Shown here: piece by piece, positions 57,238 to 64,000 of the stretch
How positions within the stretch are numbered: the stretch's first letter is position 1
Layout: each line of letters begins with the position of its first letter
NCBI GenBank assembly: GCA_963699245.1
Contig: OY969426.1
Location: forward strand, 133,494 to 197,493
DNA: 64,000 nucleotides
Source: Thermoanaerobaculia bacterium
GTDB lineage: Bacteria > Acidobacteriota > Thermoanaerobaculia > Multivoradales > JAGPDF01
Reading direction: 5' to 3'
Notes under the pieces: model-generated
Seen by the model: only the letters and a program-made list of their open reading frames with translations
Told to the model about the DNA's origin: nothing
Databases searched by the model: none
Translations under genes and position numbers: made by a program

Positions 57238-60153
57238 ATGAGGGTCTCCGCCCCCATCGCGTCTCTCGTCGTCGCTCTGCTCGCGGCTTCCGCCTCGGCG
57301 GTGACTCCCGTCACGACGGAGGCGCCTCTCGTCGACACGGCGAAGGCCTCGACGACGCAGGTCCTCACCTCCGAGGCCTTCGAGCGGCTGCCCACGGCGC
57401 GCAATGTGCGCGAGGTCCTGCTTCTCGCGCCGGGCGTCGTCGAATCGCGGCCGGTAGACGCCGTCAAGGTCGACTTCGCGGAGGGAATCATCGGCGGCGC
57501 GACGCCGACCTACCTGCAGCCGGGGTGGACCTGGAAGGTTTCGGGGCGCAGCCTGCAGCTCAACGGGCCGCCGTCGCCGGGCGGCGTCAAGGCCGCTTTC
57601 GGCCTGCCGAAGGCCGATCGCCCGATCGGCTACATCGACCTCGCGCTCTACGAGAAGAAGCAGAAGCTGAGCGAGCAGCGGATTCCGACGCTGCAACTCA
57701 ATCCTCCCGTCCGGCTCACCGATCCGAAAGGGGCGATCCGCCTGCCGCAGCGCCTCTCGCCGGGAGACCGCATCCAGTTCCGTCCGCTCGATCCCAAGTT
57801 CACGCCGGGCGGCGGCGACTGGAAGATCGGCGCGTGGACTCCGAAGTGGAACGGCTCCTACGAGAAGCCGCTCTACCAGTTCGACCTGCCGCGCGATCTT
57901 GGAAAGGGACTGACCCTGCCGCTCAGGATCAGCTACGTCTCGCCCTGGAACGAGACGCTGGTCGACGGGCTCGCCGAAGATGTCTCCGTCGGCCGCGCGC
58001 CGTCGCCGGCGATTGACGGACCGGCGGTCACCGGCTGTTCGCCGGCAGTGCTCGACAACGGCTCGCTCTGTCTCTGCGGCAATTTCCCGTCCGAGGCCCT
58101 GGCGGAGCTGCGCATCAACGGGCAGCCGATCGACCAGTACCTGGTGTCGAGCTCGCCGAGTATCGTCAACCTGACCCTTCCCGGCAGCTTCGCGGCCGGT
58201 CCCTACGGTTTCTCCGCCGGCGCGAGCTCCGGCTTCGACATCGCCGACGGCGCGCGCGGCGTGCTGATCCACGTCGGCGGCGAGATCGACCGCGACAAGC
58301 TCCGGCGAGGCGAGTCGACGACGCTCAAGCTCTGGCTCGACGGCACGCCGCGGCCGGTCGCGCTGAAGCTCTGGAACTCGACGCCGGGGATCGTCTCCCT
58401 CGCCGGCGGCAACGACCAGACCGTGTTCACCTCCGGCGGCAGACCGAACCAGGTGACCCGCACCGTGAGCGCCGTCGCGCCGGGCGACTTCGCCCTGCAC
58501 TACCAGCTCACGGTCGGTTCCTGCCCCTGCGCCGAGCGGCTGGCGGAGAGTGACGCACCGGCGTATACGCCGGCAGAGAGCTACTACGACGACTTCGGGC
58601 CGTCGGGTCCGGACCACGACGAGCCGGTGCGGAAGGCGATTCCCTACGGCATGACCGGCGACTGGGAGGAGCGGATCCACGGCTGGGCCGGACGCACGGC
58701 CGACGCGCAGTGTCGCGACGAGCGGGTCGAGGCGGCGATCGCCGAGATCGTCGCGGCCCAGGCGGAGCTCGAGAAGTTCCTCGACGGGGTCGAGAGCCGG
58801 ATGGAGCCGCTGGCGCTCGAGGTCGACCTGCTCCCCGCCGACGAAGCCCGTGCGCAGCGCGCCGAGCTCCGCGCCTGGCGCACGCTGCGGCAGATGACTC
58901 TCCAGATGGAGAACATGATCATCGACCTCGCCCTGCTTCCGCGCTGCGAGGACGTCAGCCACGAGGAGCGCGAAGCGAACCCGCCCGCGGGGCCGGCGAT
59001 CACTCCGCCGCAGATCGACCTGATCGCCGACCTGGGGCTGGATGCGCCGCCGGACTGCGCCGGACGCAAGCGCGCGTGCGACGCGCAGGGCCTGCGCGCC
59101 GCGGCCGCGGCGCGCCAGGCCGATCACCTGCGGGACATCGCCGCGCAGGCCCGCCGGGGCGGCGCTTCCGGCGCCGCGAGTGCCGCCGCCCTCGACGCCG
59201 CGGCCGCGGCCGCGGAGCGCGTCGCCGCCGAGGCGCGCGCGGCCGAAGTCGACTGCCGTGCGCGGCTCGCCGCCGAGTGCCCCGGCACCAATCCGGGCAC
59301 GGTCGAGCGCCGGCCCGAACCGCAGCCGCGGCCCGGCACGAGCAGCGGTAGGGAGCCGCCGGGACCGCCGGCTGGGGACTCGACGGGAGGGAGCGTCGTC
59401 GACCAGCGAAAGCCGCGCGAACCCGGCCATTGCGGCCCGGACGTCACGGCGGCCTTCGAGCGGACGCTCCGCCGCACCGCCGATCGCGCCCGCGTGCTCC
59501 CGGCCGGCACGCGCGGCTGGCAGTCGACGGGGAGCTTTCTCGACGACAACTGGCCGACCTACTCGTGGCAGGAACGAAAGGAGGACGGCTCGCCCGACCC
59601 GGACGGTCGCTGGGACTGGGACTCCCTGCTCGGCTGGAGCAACGGTGCCGGGGGGGGCGCCTGCGCGCGCGGGCTCTTCTGCCAGGCGACCAACTGGCTG
59701 TGGGGAAAGTGCGTCCCCTCCTGGCTGGTCGAGGACATCTACGAGGATTTCGTGCACGACCTCTTCGGGAGCGTGACGATCGCGATCGCGCCGGACGTGA
59801 TCGGGGAGGGGATCCGGCCCGCGGCGACACCCCCTTGCGAGAAGGTCGCGCGCGCTCTCGCCGAAACGCTCGCTCCGCGCGTGGCCCGCGGCGAGACGCC
59901 GCCGCTGCCGAGCGACGAAGCCGTCCGCCGCACCGGCGAACGGGCGTTCGAGCTGTTTCTCGCCGATTCAGCGTCGCAGGACCGTTACCTGCCGCTGGCG
60001 ATGACCTGCCAGCGCTGCGATGCCGTGCTCGATGCCTTCGACAACGACTGGAGCACGATCGACTGGTGGCTGCCGGGCGGCAGAGTCCAGCATCCCGACG
60101 GAACGATCGGCAAGCCGAGCCTCGAGCCGAGAGCGCTGGTGCCCGGCGGGTGA
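57238..60153 (+). CDS. large secreted hypothetical protein (971 aa): TonB-receptor-plug-like N-terminus, Ig/IPT-like repeats, Ala-rich coiled coil, Pro-rich linker, Cys/Trp-rich orphan C-terminal domain
   Basis: ATG 57238 follows GGAGGTGG. Signal MRVSAPIASLVVALLAASASA. ..QVLTSEAFERLPTARNVREVLLLAPGV... C-terminal ..PGHCGPDVTAAFERTL..WDWDSLLGWSNG..LFCQATNWLWGKCVPSW.. Confidence 0.7.
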   Translation: MRVSAPIASLVVALLAASASAVTPVTTEAPLVDTAKASTTQVLTSEAFERLPTARNVREVLLLAPGVVESRPVDAVKVDFAEGIIGGATPTYLQPGWTWKVSGRSLQLNGPPSPGGVKAAFGLPKADRPIGYIDLALYEKKQKLSEQRIPTLQLNPPVRLTDPKGAIRLPQRLSPGDRIQFRPLDPKFTPGGGDWKIGAWTPKWNGSYEKPLYQFDLPRDLGKGLTLPLRISYVSPWNETLVDGLAEDVSVGRAPSPAIDGPAVTGCSPAVLDNGSLCLCGNFPSEALAELRINGQPIDQYLVSSSPSIVNLTLPGSFAAGPYGFSAGASSGFDIADGARGVLIHVGGEIDRDKLRRGESTTLKLWLDGTPRPVALKLWNSTPGIVSLAGGNDQTVFTSGGRPNQVTRTVSAVAPGDFALHYQLTVGSCPCAERLAESDAPAYTPAESYYDDFGPSGPDHDEPVRKAIPYGMTGDWEERIHGWAGRTADAQCRDERVEAAIAEIVAAQAELEKFLDGVESRMEPLALEVDLLPADEARAQRAELRAWRTLRQMTLQMENMIIDLALLPRCEDVSHEEREANPPAGPAITPPQIDLIADLGLDAPPDCAGRKRACDAQGLRAAAAARQADHLRDIAAQARRGGASGAASAAALDAAAAAAERVAAEARAAEVDCRARLAAECPGTNPGTVERRPEPQPRPGTSSGREPPGPPAGDSTGGSVVDQRKPREPGHCGPDVTAAFERTLRRTADRARVLPAGTRGWQSTGSFLDDNWPTYSWQERKEDGSPDPDGRWDWDSLLGWSNGAGGGACARGLFCQATNWLWGKCVPSWLVEDIYEDFVHDLFGSVTIAIAPDVIGEGIRPAATPPCEKVARALAETLAPRVARGETPPLPSDEAVRRTGERAFELFLADSASQDRYLPLAMTCQRCDAVLDAFDNDWSTIDWWLPGGRVQHPDGTIGKPSLEPRALVPGG

Positions 60154-60180
60154 CGGCCGGGCTCCGGCGCCGCCCGGTCC

Positions 60181-60208
60181 CTGCCACGCCGCGATGCCGG
60201 CGTACAAT
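60181..60208 (+). promoter_or_regulatory. candidate sigma70-type promoter for kbp (-35 CTGCCA, 16-nt spacer, -10 TACAAT)
   Basis: TACAAT at 60203-60208 is a rare AT-rich hexamer in this DNA, 39 nt upstream of ATG 60247. A 7-bp hairpin CCGGGCG/CGCCCGG (60214-60237) abuts the GGGAGGA ribosome-binding site. Confidence 0.3.
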
Positions 60209-60246
60209 CGATTCCGGGCGAGAGTTTCCACGCCCGGGAGGACAGC

Positions 60247-60735
60247 ATGGGACTTTTCGACTTCATCACCGGCGCCGGCAAGAAGCTTCCCGATCCCGCC
60301 GCGGCACAGCCGCCGGCGCCCGGCGCATCCGAAGATGCGCGCGCGAAGTTCAACGCGGCGCGCGCCAGCGGCCTCGCGAAGCTGGTCAAGGAGCACGGCT
60401 TCGACATCCCGAGCCTGAAGATCGAGATCGACGGCGACCGCGCCACCCTCACCGGCGACGTCCCTTCGCAGGAAGTGCGCGAGAAAGTCGTGCTGCTGGT
60501 CGGCAACACCTGGGGCACCGGCAAGGTCGACGACCGGTTGCGCGTCACGGCGCCGCCGGCGCCGGAGGCGAAGCTCTACACCGTGGTCAAGGGCGACACG
60601 CTGGGCAAGATCGCCCAGGCGCAGTACGGCAAGGCCAGCCTCTACCCGAAGATCTTCGAGGCCAACAAGCCGATGCTCTCCGATCCCGACAAGATCTACC
60701 CCGGGCAGGTGCTGCGCATTCCGCCGCTGGGCTAG
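60247..60735 (+). CDS. kbp: BON + LysM domain protein (potassium-binding protein Kbp/YgaU-like)
   Basis: MGLFDFITGAGKK.., BON ..LKIEIDGDRATLTGDVPSQEVREKVVLLVGN.., LysM YTVVKGDTLGKIAQAQYGKASLYPKIFEANKPMLSDPDKIYPGQVLRIP. Confidence 0.85.
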   Translation: MGLFDFITGAGKKLPDPAAAQPPAPGASEDARAKFNAARASGLAKLVKEHGFDIPSLKIEIDGDRATLTGDVPSQEVREKVVLLVGNTWGTGKVDDRLRVTAPPAPEAKLYTVVKGDTLGKIAQAQYGKASLYPKIFEANKPMLSDPDKIYPGQVLRIPPLG

Positions 60736-60814
60736 GCCTCAGCGCCGGAAGCGTCATCGCGCGGCATAGAATCCCCGCGCAGCTTCGAGGGGTCGTTCGC
60801 TGCGAGGAGGATTC

Positions 60815-61312
60815 GTGCCGCGCCGTCTTGCCCTGCCGCGCCTGCGGGCGCTCGTTGCCGTCGCGCTGCCGCTGGCGTTCGCATCCGGCGCTTCCGCCGC
60901 GCCCGTTCCTCCGGACGCCGTCGGGATGCAGACCTCCGGCGCGCCGCGGGTCAATCGCGGCAGCCAGAGCGAGGTCACTTTCGTCCTCCAGGTGGCTCCC
61001 GGCTACGCCATCCTCTCGAGCCAGCTCGAAGAGCCCGGCCTGCAGGCGGCGTCGATCACCTTCCGCGCCGTCAACAACATCGCGATCGGCGCGGCGCGCT
61101 TTCCGAAGGCGCGGCAGTTCAAGGTGGGGGAGAAGCGCCATCCGGCCTACATCGGCGATCTCGTGGTGCGCATCCCGCTGACGGTGTCGCCCAACACGTT
61201 GCCGGGCCTGCGCGAGATCCAGGGCAAGCTCGTCTACCAGGTCTGCAGCGCCACCGAGTGCTTCGACCCGGTGCGCAAGGACCTCGCCTTCCAGCTCGAC
61301 ATCGCTCCCTGA
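60815..61312 (+). CDS. secreted protein with DsbD/DsbC-N-terminal-like (thiol:disulfide interchange) domain
   Basis: Signal peptide. ..[19 protein letters not shown].. is typical of this beta-sandwich domain. The call is tentative. Confidence 0.5.
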   Translation: MPRRLALPRLRALVAVALPLAFASGASAAPVPPDAVGMQTSGAPRVNRGSQSEVTFVLQVAPGYAILSSQLEEPGLQAASITFRAVNNIAIGAARFPKARQFKVGEKRHPAYIGDLVVRIPLTVSPNTLPGLREIQGKLVYQVCSATECFDPVRKDLAFQLDIAP

Positions 61313-61328
61313 CCGGCGGGAGGCCGCC

Positions 61329-62895
61329 ATGCGCTGGTTCGTCCGCGGCGACGTCGACGGTTTCTTCGGCCTGGCGATCGACAATCTCGTCCAGCTCCTG
61401 CTGATCGACGCGCTCTGCCGCGGCATCCTCGGCTTCCCGTCGGACCTCGTCTACGGTCGCATCCTCCCCGGCGCCGCGATCTCGCTCGTCGTCGGCAACC
61501 TCTTCTACGCCTGGCAGGCGATGCGGATCGGCCGCGCCGCCGGGCGCGCCGACGTCTGCGCGCTGCCCTACGGCATCAACACCGTCTCGCTCTTCGCCTA
61601 CGTCTTCCTGGTCATGTTGCCGGCGAAGCTGGTGGCCGAGGCGGCCGGCGCCGCCGACCCGGCGCGCGTCGCCTGGCAGGCCGGCCTCGCCGCCTGCGTC
61701 GGCTCGGGGCTGATCGAGCTCACGGGGGCGCTCTTCGCCGAGCGGCTGCGCAAGGCGACGCCGCGCGCCGCTCTCCTCGGCACCCTCGCCGGCATCGCGC
61801 TGACCTTCATCTCGATCGGCTTCCTCTTCCGCGCCTACGCGCGACCCGGTCGTCGGGCTCTCGACGCTCGCCATCGTGCTGCTCGTCTACTTCGGCCGGC
61901 GGCGCTTCCGCGGCGGGCTGCCCGGGGGGTTCGTCGCGGTGGCGCTCGGCACGCTGCTCGCCTGGATGCAGGGGATCGCGCCGGTCGGCGCGAAGCCGGC
62001 GCTCGGCCTCGCGTTTCATCCGCCGGTGCCGGTCGTCGGCGACCTCGTCGCTGCGCTGTCGGCCAACTGGCTCGTCTACGCCTCGGTCATCCTGCCGATG
62101 GGCCTGTTCAACCTGATCGGCTCGCTGCAGAACATCGAGTCGGCCGAAGCGGCGGGGGACAGCTTCCCGACCCGGCCGTCGCTCGCCGCCAACGGCATCG
62201 GCACGCTCGCCGCCGCGCTCTTCGGCTCCTGCTTTCCGACCACGATCTACATCGGCCACCCGGGGTGGAAGGCGATGGGCGCCCGCGCCGGCTACTCGGT
62301 GCTGAACGCGGCGTTCTTCACCGTCGTCTGCCTGACCGGCACGCTGGCGTGGATCGCCTGGGCGGTGCCGATCGACGCCGGCATGGCGATCGTGCTCTGG
62401 ATCGGCATCGTGATCACCGCGCAGGCCTTCCAGGCGACGCCGCGCCAGCACGCGCCGGCGGTGGTCGTCGGCCTCCTGCCCGGTGTCGCGGCCTGGGGCG
62501 CGCTGCTGCTCAAGAACGGCCTGCGCGCCGCCGGCATGGGACTGCCGGGGGGCGAGGCCTTCGGGCCGGCGCTGGTCGACCGGCTGCTCGCTTCGGATAC
62601 CTGGGGGCAGGGGATCTTCGCCCTCGAGCAGGGCTTCATCCTCACCTCGATGCTCCTCGCCGCCGCCACCGCCGAGGTGATCGACCAGCGCTTCGGCCGC
62701 GCCGCGCTCTGGGCCTTCGCCGGCGCCGCGCTCTCCGCCGTCGGCCTCATCCACGCGTGGCGTTTCACGCCGGCCGATACCGCGGTGGCGCTGGCGCCGG
62801 CGTGGCCGCACGCGGCGGGCTACCTCGCCATGGGCGCCGTCTTCCTCGCCGCGCGCTGGGTGACGACGACCGCCGGGGAGAGCGGCGGGCACTGA
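61329..62895 (+). pseudogene. NCS2/AzgA-like nucleobase (xanthine/uracil/vitamin C) permease family, one frame switch about 61850
   Basis: [39 protein letters not shown].. (ORF 61329-), then ..[58 protein letters not shown].. (ORF 61876-62895). Confidence 0.65.
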
Positions 62896-62920
62896 TCGCG
62901 GTTCCGACGCTCTCCCGCGC

Positions 62921-64000
62921 TCAATTCGGCCTCGCCTCGGCGCACGGACCGGCCTTCGGCAGGTCGGCGAGCGCGTCGAGCCGCGCGGCAACGGCGCTCC
63001 ACCCCGACGCCCGCAGCTCGCTTGCCGCATTCGTCAGCAGGTGGGCGTCGAAGACGAAGCCGCCGCGCGCCGCCGCCTCGGCGCTCGCCGTGACCGCGGC
63101 AGCCGCCGTCTCGTCGTAGCGCTCGGCGGCGTCGGGCTCGGCCTGGATCGTCGCGAGCCGGTCGAGAGCGCCGTCGAGACGCGCGCGATCGAGCCAGGCG
63201 CCGTGCGCCACCACGCCGCGGTTGCGCTGGAAGGCGCGCGTGCCCGCCGACGGGTCGCTGTCGAGCAGCACCAGGTCGGCGCGCTGGCCGCGTCGGATGT
63301 GGCCGGCCTCGTCCTCTTCGCGCAGCGCGCGCGCCGCTTCGCTGGTCGCGGCCTGCAGCGCTTCGAGCGGGCTCAGTCCGGCCTCCTCGAGGAGGCCGAG
63401 CTCGGTGACAAGGGCGAAGCCCGGGACCTCGTAGGCGTAGCCGTCGGAGTCGGTGCCGGCGAGGAAGCGCGCGTGCACCCCGTGCAGCTTGCCGACGATC
63501 TCCTGCATCGTCGTACGGGCCGCCCACCCCTTCTTCTGGTTGTCGTCGACCGGCTCGTCGAGCGCGCGCCGCCAGCTCTCGAGCTTGCGCAGCGGCACGT
63601 AGCGCATCTCGGGCGCGGTGAGCAGGCGGCGCGCGTCGTCCCCCCAGGCGTTGCCGCGCGCGGCGTAGAGCGTCGGCGTGTTCCAGACCTCGGGGCCGTC
63701 GACGGCGGCGGCGTAGTCGGTCTCGCCGAGCTCGAGCGTCCCGTCGTCGAGATATCCCTTCAGATGCTCCATCGTGCGCATGCCCACCGCGACCGCGTGG
63801 CGCACCGGGATGTGGTGCGGCACGTGGCCGACGAGATCCATGCCGAGCGTGCGCGCCTGCTGCGCGATGGCGTCGAAGACGGGCAGCGGCACGACGTTGT
63901 GCACCTTGATGAAGTCGTAGCCGCAGGCGGCCTGCTGGCGCACCAGGCGGCGCGCCTCGAGCGAGCTCGCCGGCACGATGGCGTAGTCCTCCATCGGGAA
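62921..64000 (-). CDS. amidohydrolase-family protein, N-terminus outside window
   Basis: The reading frame is open to the window edge. ..[25 protein letters not shown].., ..[11 protein letters not shown].., ..[18 protein letters not shown].. Confidence 0.7.
   Translation of the reverse strand, partial: FPMEDYAIVPASSLEARRLVRQQAACGYDFIKVHNVVPLPVFDAIAQQARTLGMDLVGHVPHHIPVRHAVAVGMRTMEHLKGYLDDGTLELGETDYAAAVDGPEVWNTPTLYAARGNAWGDDARRLLTAPEMRYVPLRKLESWRRALDEPVDDNQKKGWAARTTMQEIVGKLHGVHARFLAGTDSDGYAYEVPGFALVTELGLLEEAGLSPLEALQAATSEAARALREEDEAGHIRRGQRADLVLLDSDPSAGTRAFQRNRGVVAHGAWLDRARLDGALDRLATIQAEPDAAERYDETAAAAVTASAEAAARGGFVFDAHLLTNAASELRASGWSAVAARLDALADLPKAGPCAEARPN

Overview
This is a very GC-rich bacterial chromosomal segment; sample lines I counted by hand were mostly 68-78% G+C. 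The lineage cannot be fixed from the sequence alone, though gene content would fit an Acidobacteriota- or Myxococcota-like organism. I can support about 55 protein-coding genes. By eye I found no rRNA, tRNA, CRISPR array, transposase or integrase.

Gene order, left to right:
- A frame-disrupted porin and a sulfate ABC uptake cluster (cysP-cysT-cysW, no cysA).
- A histidine kinase/response regulator pair, an APC amino-acid permease and an MFS transporter.
- An ~11 kb divergent glycosyltransferase locus (9.2-20.6 kb). Its minus-strand operon is headed by a PriS-like primase-fold (AEP) protein and an AP-endonuclease-2/xylose-isomerase-like TIM barrel.
- The conserved yceD-rpmF-plsX-fabD-fabG-acpP-fabF cluster, then ETF-ubiquinone oxidoreductase.
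- An accessory patch: a secreted protein with a low-GC C-terminal domain, a sulfatase-like enzyme, a P450 and a methyltransferase.
- A 4-hydroxybenzoyl-CoA-reductase-like molybdenum hydroxylase. It is split into two units by a purple-acid-phosphatase-like gene, a TPR gene and an amidohydrolase, and both units are preceded by the same palindromic operator next to a TetR gene.
- VOC, DinB, archease-RtcB and a convergent baeRF3-like gene.
- A Rieske/cytochrome b pair in which cytochrome b is fused to an 8-9 haem cytochrome c.
- A tetrahaem c / NrfC / NrfD / DUF2339-like operon.
- A 971-aa secreted orphan protein, Kbp, a DsbD-N-like protein, a nucleobase permease and a truncated amidohydrolase.

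About 13 genes can only be read by switching frame one to many times, and these disruptions are strongly clustered. Many long ORFs in the six-frame track are alternate-frame artefacts of the high GC content.

Best leads for something undescribed:
1. The AEP plus TIM-barrel pair heading a glycan operon.
2. The cytochrome b::multihaem c fusion next to a catalytic-subunit-less NrfCD module.
3. RtcB-archease next to a release-factor-fold protein.
4. The duplicated operator tying together a split Mo-hydroxylase.

All functional calls rest on motif reading by eye and need profile or structure searches.
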